Shown here: piece after piece, positions 27,049 through 36,972 of the stretch | Layout of the letters: the number at the start of each line of letters is the position of its first letter | Numbering within the stretch: position 1 is the first letter of the stretch | Assembly: GCA_037440405.1 (NCBI GenBank) | Contig: JBBIUE010000005.1 | Location: forward strand, 28,660 to 92,659 | Length of the DNA stretch: 64,000 nucleotides | Source of the DNA: Pirellula sp. | GTDB lineage: Bacteria; Planctomycetota; Planctomycetia; Pirellulales; Pirellulaceae | Reading direction: 5' to 3' | Position numbers and translations under genes: made by a program | Notes under the pieces: model-generated | The model's input: the letters and a program-made list of their open reading frames with translations, nothing else | What the model was told of the DNA's origin: nothing | The model's database searches: none

Positions 27049-30000
27049 CTATTTACGATTGCGAACCAAGATCGGAGGTTGGGATGATGGACGTTCATTG
27101 CTTACGAAAACGGGACGAAAGATGCCACCCGCGCCTTGCCAATCTTCGACTGCCACGACAATTTCTATTGATTCCTTGCCGACACACTGGTCCGGTAAAG
27201 CCAACGTAATCTTTTTCTCAAAAGCTGAATCTCGGGCCTGCCGGTCCCCGCCGGCTCCGCATGGTATACCATCGACAAATAAATCGAAATAGTCGTCGAC
27301 TCCCGTAAACGTCAAGTATCGAGCGTCTTTGGGCAAGCGCAAGCGTTTCGCATACCACGCCCAGCCATCAACATGACCGAAACCCTGACCATCCCAGTGC
27401 GAGCCGATGCGGATCGAGCTCCATGATGAACGGTCAAAACTTGGGCTTTGCCACCCTTCCTGAAGGCCCATCGATTTGGGATCCGGCTGAAATTGCCAGT
27501 CCTCTTCTGGAAGCGGAATAAGAGTCGTACTCAAATCGGATCGAACTCGTTCCAGCCATTCGGCAGATAAGGATTGCAGATGCGCACCATTCTCTAACGA
27601 GTGTGCCAACCACGATGCGACGTATTTCCCAGCAGCGCCGGAGCGATGATCATAACGCAATGTGGAAACACCTAGCCGTCCTCGGCCACATGCCGCTAAC
27701 CAGCTCAAAGCATGAAACCGAAAATCCTTGATGTCGTGATTATCCCACAAGAGAACGAATGGCGTAACCTCATCCAAATAATCCGGTTGCAACATCGTCG
27801 GTCCAGCAAGATCAAAAGTTTGGAGTGACGACAGCATCCTGGCAAACCGATCATCATCGATGAAATCTCGGTTTACGATGACGCCTCCTCGCAAGAACCA
27901 GTGATTGCTGACTGGAAAAGAACCAGAGCTGCCATCTGTAAATACGATCGCCAGCCCTCCGCGCTCGATCCAATTCAATAGTTCCGGATCCAAAAGCCGC
28001 GCAATGACTCCTGACTCGAAAGGATTCAACTTCGGTTCCCATTCCCCGGATGCCATCTTCGGGATCATCCGCTGAACATCGTGCAATTCCATTGAAGGAT
28101 GACGATACCAAGTTCTTCGGAATTCTCGCTCAATTGCAGGCACAATCCAGATCGGCCACTCATTACAGTCGGTTCGATTTGCATAGGTCGCTTCCACTTT
28201 CAATACAGCTGGGGTGGGAACGGCGACCGTTGGAGTATTCCATTCGAACGTTTGGGACGATGCATTCGACGACTTCTTTCCGATGGATATCGCTTCGATC
28301 GAAGAACCATCCTCTAACATCACGACTGCCCGGACTCGCTCTTGTGGAGAGCTGCTAGTCGAATGGACCAAGAACTGCTGAGTCGATCCTCCCTCGAAAC
28401 TGCGCACGTCGTCCTGAGTGTCTAAGACAAGCATGTTTTCCTCGTGCCAGCTCCATTCCTGGGCGGGCCACTTCGGTAAATTCTGAAAGTCAATGAGCCC
28501 CATTGCGGCAAACGGAAAATCACGCATCACGCTGACTACGTAGCCCTGCCGAGGCATTCGAAGTCGATATTGCTCGATCTGGAATTTTCTCATTTGTAAG
28601 GCGTTAGAACGAGAATCGGCAGAAATGGCATCTACGCTTCGATCGCCGGTTAAAGCACGCACTCGCTCTTTTGCCTCCTGAATCCGATGAGCGGAAATGA
28701 GACGGTTCGGATTCTCATGGTCGTATCCAATCTCCTCGAACACAGAAGCATCCGTCCAAGTGTCGGCAGCGATCGCTTCGCCAAGCATCAGTGGTTTCGG
28801 CGTTCTTTCTCGAATGTGTCGATCCAACCTCTCGAGCGTTTCCCGCCAAGTGTGATTGTTGCCGTAAGGATGATCGTCGTAGAAGTCGTGAATACGATGC
28901 CATTCGATCCAACTGCTATCATCCTCGACGATCGCTCCGGGGATCAGTTCATGTGCCCGATCATACAATCGCTGGATCACCGATAGCTCGGCGGAATGCC
29001 CGGTCTCGCAAGTAAGGCTTCGTAGAGCGATCGAGGCAAAATTGCGATCCGAGTAGTAGAACTCATCGTACTCGGCGATCAGATCACTGAGGAACTCGTC
29101 AGTTAATTTCGGGTGCCACGTCGGATACTCCACCCAGGCCAATATGCCCAATTCATCGCACAGCTCGAGGTACTCCCTCGGTGGAAACCAAAGACAGAAC
29201 TTCATCAAGTTAAAACCGTAATCTTTGATGAACTGAAGTTCCCTCCGCATGTACTCGCGATCGATCGAAGGCGCAATGCGCGGTGGAGCATATCCCCAAT
29301 TGAGTACACCTCGAATGGTGATCGGTTCTCCATTGAGCCAAAGCTCGCGACCACGAGTCTCGAACGAACGAATGCTAGCGTGAGTACGAATCGATTCCAA
29401 AACCTGATCGTCTCGATCACAAAGTTGAATTTCAATCAGATAGCGAAAGGGATTGGAGGGGGCCCACCTGATGACCGTTGAAGGAACCAAGCTTGTTGAA
29501 ATCGTACCGTCGGACTGAATCGGATAAGTTTGAGACGGTGATTTTGGATCATCCGGAAAAAGGACACGAGTCCTCACGTGATAATTCGAAAGGTCGTCTC
29601 GATCGATGGCTGAATGAATCTGCAATTTCAACTCGATCTGATCGGTATTCCAGCCTGCAGCGTACATCTGCAGATCGTCGATCCAAACGGGTTCATCAGT
29701 AATGATCAGCTCCACCTTCTGCCAGATGCCACCAAAATGAGGCAGAAAGATCGGAAGGAAGCCTTGGGTGTTATGACCGACTCGCTCGTCGACTTCCACT
29801 CGAAGCTTAGCACCAACTCGGAAGTGCTGGGTCAAGTCCACTCGCCAGGTCGTCCACCCACCAAGGTGTTCCCCCACGAAAACATTATCGACGTAAACCC
29901 GCGCAAACGTTGCGACACCTCGGAACTGAGCCCACACTTTCCCTTTCAGCGAAGGGGCGATTTCTGGAAGGACCGTTTCATAGATTGCCGTGCCATCGAA

Positions 30001-30195
30001 GTCGTAACCCAACACAGGTTCCCAGCTATCCCCAACATTGATCGCCTTCGGTTGGGGATCGCTCTGAGTCCGAATTGTCCATTCCCGAAGCTCAATAGAC
30101 TTTCGGCCCGTGATGAACGTCGTCTCAGCATAACCCAGCGAAGCGATCCCGCCGAATACTGTGAGAATGAGGAAGTTCAGGATCCGCTTTGCCAT
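27049..30195 (-). CDS. Glycoside hydrolase family 2-like protein (two sugar-binding jelly-roll domains + TIM barrel), secreted
   Basis: 1048-aa ORF with signal peptide MAKRILNFLILTVFGGIASLGYA. The N-terminal GH2-type sugar-binding block is FDGTAIYETVL...KVWAQFRGVATFARVYVDNVFVGEHLGGWTTWRVDLT. The TIM-barrel segment is IRGVLNWGY...DYGFNLMKFCLW.PPREYLELCDELGILAWVEYP. A second similar sugar-binding block lies at the C-terminus (WSSIRIGSHWD..GFGHVDGWAWYAKRLRLP...LTFTGVDDYFDLFVDG). Substrate is unknown. Confidence 0.7.
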   Translation of the reverse strand: MAKRILNFLILTVFGGIASLGYAETTFITGRKSIELREWTIRTQSDPQPKAINVGDSWEPVLGYDFDGTAIYETVLPEIAPSLKGKVWAQFRGVATFARVYVDNVFVGEHLGGWTTWRVDLTQHFRVGAKLRVEVDERVGHNTQGFLPIFLPHFGGIWQKVELIITDEPVWIDDLQMYAAGWNTDQIELKLQIHSAIDRDDLSNYHVRTRVLFPDDPKSPSQTYPIQSDGTISTSLVPSTVIRWAPSNPFRYLIEIQLCDRDDQVLESIRTHASIRSFETRGRELWLNGEPITIRGVLNWGYAPPRIAPSIDREYMRRELQFIKDYGFNLMKFCLWFPPREYLELCDELGILAWVEYPTWHPKLTDEFLSDLIAEYDEFYYSDRNFASIALRSLTCETGHSAELSVIQRLYDRAHELIPGAIVEDDSSWIEWHRIHDFYDDHPYGNNHTWRETLERLDRHIRERTPKPLMLGEAIAADTWTDASVFEEIGYDHENPNRLISAHRIQEAKERVRALTGDRSVDAISADSRSNALQMRKFQIEQYRLRMPRQGYVVSVMRDFPFAAMGLIDFQNLPKWPAQEWSWHEENMLVLDTQDDVRSFEGGSTQQFLVHSTSSSPQERVRAVVMLEDGSSIEAISIGKKSSNASSQTFEWNTPTVAVPTPAVLKVEATYANRTDCNEWPIWIVPAIEREFRRTWYRHPSMELHDVQRMIPKMASGEWEPKLNPFESGVIARLLDPELLNWIERGGLAIVFTDGSSGSFPVSNHWFLRGGVIVNRDFIDDDRFARMLSSLQTFDLAGPTMLQPDYLDEVTPFVLLWDNHDIKDFRFHALSWLAACGRGRLGVSTLRYDHRSGAAGKYVASWLAHSLENGAHLQSLSAEWLERVRSDLSTTLIPLPEEDWQFQPDPKSMGLQEGWQSPSFDRSSWSSIRIGSHWDGQGFGHVDGWAWYAKRLRLPKDARYLTFTGVDDYFDLFVDGIPCGAGGDRQARDSAFEKKITLALPDQCVGKESIEIVVAVEDWQGAGGIFRPVFVSNERPSSQPPILVRNRK

Positions 30196-30363
30196 TCAAC
30201 GAAAGCCCCGTCATTCAAGGAAAGGTAACATGGAAAAATGTGAGGCGACAAGGTGAGTCTTATCGGGAACACTGCAGGGATCCATGCTCACCTACGAATC
30301 AACGGCGAGTTCGGCTCGATATCCGATTGTTGCATCACAACCACCATTGCCGATCTGTCGAGG

Positions 30364-32325
30364 TCAAGATTCTTCGTCGGATCGCAATCGAGCCAGTACG
30401 GAATAATCTTCGAGCGTTGTCGTGTCACCGACTTGCTCCCTGCCACTGGCAATGTCACGAAGCAATCGTCGCATAATTTTTCCGCTGCGAGTTTTGGGTA
30501 GGGCTGTGGTGAACCGTATCTCGTCCGGCTGCGCGAGAGCACCGATTTCTTTGCGGACATGCAGCTTCAGCTCACTTCGAAGCTGCTCGTCAGGAGCATG
30601 GTGTTTAAGGGTGACGAACGCTGCGATGCCCTGACCTTTGATCTCGTCCGGCTTCCCAACGACGGCGGCTTCGGCAACGTTTGGGTGACTTACAAGCGCG
30701 CTTTCGATTTCGATGGTACTCAATCGATGTCCTGCGACATTGATGACATCATCGATCCGCCCCATGATCCAATAGTATCCATCCTCGTCTCGACGTGCAT
30801 TGTCGCCAGTTAGATACTGGTGTGGAACCTTCGACCAATAACCGTCAACATAACGTTGGTCGTCCCCCCAAATTCCTCTCAGCATCCCGGGCCACGGTTT
30901 GGCAATACACAACATGCCCCCATGATTGGTTTCAACTTCGTGAAAACTGCTGTCGACGATGCTTGGAACGATACCTGGAAGTGGTCGCGTGCAACTTCCT
31001 GGTTTCGTCGCAATGGCTCCCGGAAGTGGTGACATCATGATCCCTCCGGTTTCGGTCTGCCACCAAGTGTCAACGATCGGGCAGCGACCACCACCAATCT
31101 TGTTGTAATACCACATCCACGCTTCCGGATTGATTCCTTCTCCTACCGAACCCAACAGCCGCAGACTCGACAGATCATGCTTGTCGACGTGAGCGTCTCC
31201 CCACTTGATAAAGGCGCGAATCGCAGTCGGAGCCGTGTAAAGAATGGTTGCACGATAGCGTTCAATGATTTCCCAGAATCGGTCCTCCGCAGGCCAGTTC
31301 GGGGCTCCCTCGTACATAATTTGAGTCGCTCCCGCCGACATCGGTCCGTAGACGATGTAACTGTGACCGGTAATCCATCCACAATCGGCCGTACACCAAA
31401 AGATGTCCGAATCACGGAAATCGAAGACCAGTTCGAACGTGTACTTGGCGTAGAGATTGTAACCAGCGGTGGTGTGCCGAATCCCCTTAGGTTTTCCGGT
31501 CGAGCCGCTCGTGTAGAGAATGAATAAAGTGTTTTCGCTCTCGACCGGCTCAGCGGGACAAAGGTCGGACGCTTGTTCTAGGACTTCGTGCCACCAGAGA
31601 TCGCGACCGGAGGTCATCGGACATTCCCCACCGATGCGCTGATAAACAATACACCTTTCGACTGACGGACTTTTGGCTAGTGCTTCGTCGACGGTCGCCT
31701 TAAGTGGAAGCACCTTTCCCCGCCGCCAGCCGCCGTCTGCGGTGATTTGAAGCTTGGCTTTCGCGTCGTTGTTCCGGTCAGCCACTGCTTCAGCACTAAA
31801 ACCACCGAAAATGACGGAATGCACTGCACCAATCCGAGCGCAAGCCAGCATAGCAACCACAAGCTCAGGAACCATGGGCATATAGATGCTAACCACGTCC
31901 CCTTTCTTGATTCCGAGCGACTTCAGAACATTCGCAAATCGGCAAACATCGCGATGTAAATCAGCGTAGCGGACAATCCGTCGATCGCCAGGTTCACCCT
32001 CCCAGTAAAAGGCAACGCGATCACCTCGCCCGGCTGTCACGTGAGCATCCAAGCACTGATAGGAAGCGTTCGTCTTCCCATCCGAGAACCACTTTGCGAA
32101 AGGTTCGTCCCATTCCAATGTCGTACTGAAAGGTTCGAACCAATGAAGATGTTGTTTCGCCAGATTTGCCCAGAACGCTTCGTTGTCTCGAATCGACTCG
32201 GCATACAGCTCTTCGTAAGCCTGAAGCGATGAAATTCGAGCCCGTCGAACGAAGTCAACACTTGGAAGAAACTTGCGAGTTTCCTGCATTACATTGACAA
32301 CTTTGTCAGAGATTACTTGGTTCAT
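30364..32325 (-). CDS. acs: Acetyl-CoA synthetase (AMP-forming)
   Basis: 653-aa ORF with [39 protein letters not shown] and [18 protein letters not shown]. Confidence 0.95.
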   Translation of the reverse strand: MNQVISDKVVNVMQETRKFLPSVDFVRRARISSLQAYEELYAESIRDNEAFWANLAKQHLHWFEPFSTTLEWDEPFAKWFSDGKTNASYQCLDAHVTAGRGDRVAFYWEGEPGDRRIVRYADLHRDVCRFANVLKSLGIKKGDVVSIYMPMVPELVVAMLACARIGAVHSVIFGGFSAEAVADRNNDAKAKLQITADGGWRRGKVLPLKATVDEALAKSPSVERCIVYQRIGGECPMTSGRDLWWHEVLEQASDLCPAEPVESENTLFILYTSGSTGKPKGIRHTTAGYNLYAKYTFELVFDFRDSDIFWCTADCGWITGHSYIVYGPMSAGATQIMYEGAPNWPAEDRFWEIIERYRATILYTAPTAIRAFIKWGDAHVDKHDLSSLRLLGSVGEGINPEAWMWYYNKIGGGRCPIVDTWWQTETGGIMMSPLPGAIATKPGSCTRPLPGIVPSIVDSSFHEVETNHGGMLCIAKPWPGMLRGIWGDDQRYVDGYWSKVPHQYLTGDNARRDEDGYYWIMGRIDDVINVAGHRLSTIEIESALVSHPNVAEAAVVGKPDEIKGQGIAAFVTLKHHAPDEQLRSELKLHVRKEIGALAQPDEIRFTTALPKTRSGKIMRRLLRDIASGREQVGDTTTLEDYSVLARLRSDEES

Positions 32326-32350
32326 GGTACCTTCCTGGATCGATGAGCCA

Positions 32351-34429
32351 TTAGTCGTCGGAGTCCTTTGGTTTCTTCTTCTCTTTCTCTTTCTCTTTCT
32401 CTTTCGCTTTCTCTTTCGTCTCCGCCTTGGCGTATTCTTCTTTTTCCTTTACCGCTGCTTTGAACCGTCTCAGATAATCGTTGTTCATCTCGCGAATTTC
32501 GTCCGGAGTCAAAGCTTTTTGAGAATGGCGTTCATCGACTTCGATCTCTTTGGAGCCTTTGGCACGTGACTGCTGGAAAAATTCGTTGAGCCGATTTTGC
32601 TGCTCAGCCAAACGTTTCACCTCCAAACTTAACTGTTTGAAGGCCATTTCCATATCTTTTTCTTTCTCACGCGATTGTTTCTCGACATTTTCCCGGTCCA
32701 ATCGCATGCGGGCTTCTTCCATCCTTTGTTGTGCTTGCATCGCTTGCTGGCGGGCAAGCTGCTGCCTTTCTTCCCATTCCACTCTTACTTTCGAGAGTTG
32801 ATTGCGTGCTTCTTCATTGGCTTGATTGAGTTGACGATTCTCGCGCTCCAATTGTTCGATTCGCTGCCGCATCTGCTCCATTCGTTCGCGTGTTTCGGCC
32901 AGCTCTCGTCGGTGCTGTTCTTGGTTGGCTTCTGGTGCGAACTGTCCCATCCTGTGCGGTGCTTCCGAGGGCATTTGCATCGGTGGATGGTGTGGTTGTG
33001 GGGCACTTGGCATCGGCTGAAAATTTGGAGGTGGTACTGGAATGAAGTTCTGGCTTGGATGTCCTGAGGGGCCTGGCATCCTCTGTTGCATTTCGTGCAT
33101 ACCCGGGTGATATTGGTGTCTTGCGTCAGCTTGAATTTGCCGAGATTGAGGAGCTGCCGGAACAGCAATTCTTGCCTGATCAACAGCAGCATGCGGTGAC
33201 TTGCTCTGCGTTTCGATCGCAACGACCAAGCGGTTGATGGCGGCGATCAATTCGCCTAGCTCGGCATGTTCATGCTTCCCTCCATTTCCGCATTTCGCGC
33301 AGTCGCCTTTACAAGACTCGCTACATTCTTTTGCTTTCTCGCACGTGGAATCTTTTGCTTCGTCGCAAGAGGTGATAGACGCATTCGCACATTTCTCGCA
33401 TTTCTGGCTGCACTCTGCAGATGGCTTCTCGGCGCCATCGCTGCAGGTGTCCGACTTCTTTCCGCATTCGCCGCCACAGTCCGTCTTGCCCGCCGTACAT
33501 ACTTCGCCGCAGGACTTGCTCTCCGTGCGCTCCGTTTTATCGCAATTTTCCGAGCAAGTTTGCTTGTCACATTCCGACGCGATTTCCGACGAATTCACCG
33601 ATTTACATGACTCGCATGCAGAGGTGCAAGCTTGCGATTTCCCCTCGCAGTGTTCGCACTTTTGTGCCTGGCAAGTGGACTCTGCATTCGCTGAATCGCA
33701 TTCTGGGGTCTGATCGCACTGCTCCGTCTGATCACAGGCTTTCGTCTCAGCCTCGCAACAAGGTACGTCATCCGAGCACCCTGTCGCATCGTCGTTGGAG
33801 TTAGTCACGAGGCTGACGAATTCGATGCCATGGTTCGAGGGAAACGTTGATGCGTTCGTATTCTCTGATGGGACGTTCGACTCGCTGGACGGGTTCGATA
33901 AAACGGCGCTGCGATTCTCGTCTTCATCGATTGCCGTTTGGGTCGCTTCGAAATGCTCGTTTTGCGGTTCGTAAGCTGAACGCGGTGCCGGAATTAAGTC
34001 ACCCGATGGACTCGGCGTTTTCTCTGGAACCTCGAACACGCGAACGTTAAGTAAGGTCGCACCTTGGGGAAGGTCTAATTCACTGATGACTCTCTGACGA
34101 ACCGTTAGGGGTAGGCTCGTTAGTCCGATCTGCGGAGCGGGTGCTTCACCCACAATCGGAGCTTGAATGGCTGCTGCCGCAGACGCTACGGGACGGGGAA
34201 GGACCGCAGAACCAGTTCCGATCGAAAGAGTCTGAATCCGATTCAGCGGAGGCAAGCCCAAGCGTTCGCGACATACATCGCATTGCATGACATCCGCTGG
34301 ATAAATGGCGGCAAGTTGTGCCTCCCTCGCCGAATGTTGGTCTTGAGCTAGTGCCTGTGGACTGATCGTCAAGATCGCGGCAGCAGTCAGATACAAGAAG
34401 CCGACAATCATTTGGCGAAGGCGAGGCAT
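32351..34429 (-). CDS. Secreted Cys-rich / His-Met-Pro-rich / coiled-coil protein with KE-repeat tail (function unknown)
   Basis: 692-aa ORF with signal peptide [28 protein letters not shown]. aa 218-380 contain 29 Cys and no Phe/Trp/Tyr/Leu/Met. aa ~436-500 are His/Met/Pro-rich ([21 protein letters not shown]...[18 protein letters not shown]). aa ~500-640 are E/R/Q-rich heptad-like. The tail is [21 protein letters not shown]. Confidence 0.8.
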   Translation of the reverse strand: MPRLRQMIVGFLYLTAAAILTISPQALAQDQHSAREAQLAAIYPADVMQCDVCRERLGLPPLNRIQTLSIGTGSAVLPRPVASAAAAIQAPIVGEAPAPQIGLTSLPLTVRQRVISELDLPQGATLLNVRVFEVPEKTPSPSGDLIPAPRSAYEPQNEHFEATQTAIDEDENRSAVLSNPSSESNVPSENTNASTFPSNHGIEFVSLVTNSNDDATGCSDDVPCCEAETKACDQTEQCDQTPECDSANAESTCQAQKCEHCEGKSQACTSACESCKSVNSSEIASECDKQTCSENCDKTERTESKSCGEVCTAGKTDCGGECGKKSDTCSDGAEKPSAECSQKCEKCANASITSCDEAKDSTCEKAKECSESCKGDCAKCGNGGKHEHAELGELIAAINRLVVAIETQSKSPHAAVDQARIAVPAAPQSRQIQADARHQYHPGMHEMQQRMPGPSGHPSQNFIPVPPPNFQPMPSAPQPHHPPMQMPSEAPHRMGQFAPEANQEQHRRELAETRERMEQMRQRIEQLERENRQLNQANEEARNQLSKVRVEWEERQQLARQQAMQAQQRMEEARMRLDRENVEKQSREKEKDMEMAFKQLSLEVKRLAEQQNRLNEFFQQSRAKGSKEIEVDERHSQKALTPDEIREMNNDYLRRFKAAVKEKEEYAKAETKEKAKEKEKEKEKKKPKDSDD
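32381..32416. repeat. Hexanucleotide microsatellite (CTCTTT)n, 5 perfect + 1 imperfect unit, inside the 3' end of the Cys-rich gene
   Basis: Read directly: ctctttctctttctctttctctttcgctttctcttt. On the coding (minus) strand this is (AAAGAG)n, encoding the (K-E)n tail. Confidence 0.85.
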
Positions 34430-35044
34430 AGTAGGACTCCTTAAACTTGATCAGTTGCCAAATAGAATGTGAGTAAGCAATACTGAATTGGGATGGATCG
34501 CAGATTAGAGACATTCATCAAGCTATTGTCTATGATTCAGCCGAACTTTGCAAATAGCAAACGTTCTTTGATCGCAGGATTCTATCGAACTGCCCATTCG
34601 CTAGTCTCACCGACCGGTCCCCGACAACAGTCTGTTTTCTGAAACCGAAACATGCGCGAGGAAACGACCGATCGAAGCCTCTCTCGCTTTTGAAAGTTGT
34701 GCTCTTCGTGATTTGCCTTGAAAATCCGCAACCGGTAGCGCTATTTAGGCAAAAAGAAGAGATCAATATCTTCCTTGCTCGAGCTACGAGTTATGTAGTG
34801 CGAACAACGACTGAACTCACAATTCGGTTTGATAGAAATGCAGGCCAGTCGTCGTTTCGTTGGAAAGGAGACGATTACAGCGACAAATAGAACTTTGCGG
34901 GCTCGGTGGAACTCTCGGTCGATTGATTGCTAGACCAGAAATCACGCACACGGGATGGAAGATCACTGCAGTCATTCGCAGCATTCTGGTGATGCCAACC
35001 CACTCAGCTCAAAGCAACTCCGGAAAACAAAGCCAACTCACGTT

Positions 35045-35452
35045 TTAGGGGCTTGGTTGCCGGAGAAAATCGTTGACGTCGCTGTACTTCTTCTTCTCTT
35101 CTTTAGAGAACCAACTCAACCAGCCGGAACTGTTCGACGAGCGGGACGAACGTGTGTATTCGCTTTCCTTGGGATAGGGGCGCAAAAAGTCGACGGTGTT
35201 ATTCCACCAGCGTTTGGTTGTTCTCGACATGCGCGACCACATGCTCGGTTGATTCTTGGGCACGCTGGACTTGGCAGCAAACGGATTCGACCACGAAGGC
35301 ATCCAAGAACTGGATGATTTCGACTCAACACTACTTTTGGACTTCGATCCGAAAGGATTCCATAGCCAGCCATCCATGGCCGACACACTGGCGGTCCAAC
35401 CAATATTTGCCAGGATCGTAAACAAAACGATCGTGAAACGTCGGTCTCGCAT
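35045..35452 (-). CDS. Small secreted Ser/Trp/Lys-rich protein (hypothetical)
   Basis: 135-aa ORF with signal peptide MRDRRFTIVLFTILANIGWTASVSA. It has internal repeats (W.NPF..KS twice; DFLRPYP / DFLRQPSP). I recognise no family. Confidence 0.5.
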   Translation of the reverse strand: MRDRRFTIVLFTILANIGWTASVSAMDGWLWNPFGSKSKSSVESKSSSSWMPSWSNPFAAKSSVPKNQPSMWSRMSRTTKRWWNNTVDFLRPYPKESEYTRSSRSSNSSGWLSWFSKEEKKKYSDVNDFLRQPSP

Positions 35453-35886
35453 GTGATTGCCCGTGTCCCATCCTAGAACTTTGTTGATCGTACATCACGC
35501 TCCTGTGGGCCTATACTCGAAATTGAATACTCGAGTCCAGGCGAAAACTAGAAGTTCGAACCTCAATACCCATCGACAATGTCGCTGAACGAACAACTGT
35601 CAGTGAGTTCTGTCCGTTCTGAGTAAGTTGACTGCGCAAAATACGCAATCGAGGTAATTCATGGTCAGTGTTTCCCTCTGTCCTCAGTCGCATTTGGCAG
35701 TTCCAAAAGGGGCGCATTCCGCATTCGAATTGTTTGCCAAATCTGCCTGCGATATTCAACAAACAACCTTGGCCGAAATCTTGCCCTTCAAGGAGCTTAT
35801 GCATGGCCACAACAAAGCGGCATTGGCATCCGCTGACCTCCAGCAACGTCATCAACTCGTCTGCGATCTGACCTCGGCGTCCCTTG

Positions 35887-36972
35887 TCAGGAAGTCTTGC
35901 GGGCAATGATCGTCATTCGAGACGCAAGGCGAAAATGGGCCAAAAAGTTGGTGAAGGGAGTCAGCGCAACACGCCATCCAAAGGGGATTTCGTCCATGTA
36001 GAGATTGCGGATTCTTTGGACTATTCCAGAATTCGGCGATCGATGATGACACCAACTACCTAGGGCGCCAAGCCAAGGCTGTACCGTGTTTTGAAACTGA
36101 ATTTGTTGAACCTGTAGACCGCCCACCTTTAACATGCGTCGAACGGACGAAGGTGAAAAGAACTGAAGATGCCGTCCTCCGTCATAGCCGCTCCAATACT
36201 TACCGCAGATCGTCACCTCGAGGCAGGCAAAGTTGGGAACGCTGAACGCAAAATAACCGCCAGATTCTAACCACTCAGCCACTCTTGATATTGTCGCCAG
36301 CGGATTGGAAAGATGTTCCATAACCATCCATGCTGCCACATAGCCGATGGAGTTTGGCTCGATTTGAAGATCAAACGCGGAGCCAGTAACAACCTGGATT
36401 CCTTTCCTCCGGGCTCGGTCCGCAGCCTCCGCGACCGGTTCAACTCCCATAATATTCCAACCGTCATTCATCAGCTCAGCGCAGAACCAGCCGTCTGCAC
36501 ATCCGAGCTCAATGGCGCGTTGATTTCGTAATTCTCGTCTGATGCGATCGGTTGGTTTCCAGGTGGATCGATTGTCCAGCCAGGCTCTCCACGACCTTCG
36601 GAACAGACTTGCTCGCGCAGAGCATGGAGATTGGGCTTGGCCTTCCTGTCGGTTGATTGGACTGCTCTCGGTCGTTTTCCGAGGATTGGATGTCGCCGCC
36701 TCGCATGCTCTATCGAAATCCGGTTGCGGCGAATGATGATGCGGACCGTAATGAAGCGGGTAACATTTTAGCAAGTCCTGTTCGACAGGACGGGGATTCA
36801 AGTAGCGATGGCCGCATCGACAACAGCGCACAGCATGAAAGGGACCTCCGATTCCGTAGATCCAATCATCGAACGTAGCAGTGTGCTTGCAATGATCATG
36901 ATCGCACAACGGACACGGAACAGTTTCAAAATCGATATCTGGGTGAGTCGAGGTCACAATCAGCTCGCTCAC
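35887..36972 (-). CDS. Class I SAM-dependent methyltransferase with N-terminal zinc-ribbon-like Cys motifs
   Basis: 361-aa ORF; its GTG start forms a GTGA overlap with the DUF1501 stop. Cys motifs are CPLCDHDHC...RCCRCGHRYLNP. SAM motif I is AIELGCADGWFCAELMNDGWNIMGVEPVAEAADRARRKGIQV. Confidence 0.8.
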   Translation of the reverse strand: MSELIVTSTHPDIDFETVPCPLCDHDHCKHTATFDDWIYGIGGPFHAVRCCRCGHRYLNPRPVEQDLLKCYPLHYGPHHHSPQPDFDRACEAATSNPRKTTESSPINRQEGQAQSPCSARASLFRRSWRAWLDNRSTWKPTDRIRRELRNQRAIELGCADGWFCAELMNDGWNIMGVEPVAEAADRARRKGIQVVTGSAFDLQIEPNSIGYVAAWMVMEHLSNPLATISRVAEWLESGGYFAFSVPNFACLEVTICGKYWSGYDGGRHLQFFSPSSVRRMLKVGGLQVQQIQFQNTVQPWLGALGSWCHHRSPNSGIVQRIRNLYMDEIPFGWRVALTPFTNFLAHFRLASRMTIIARKTS

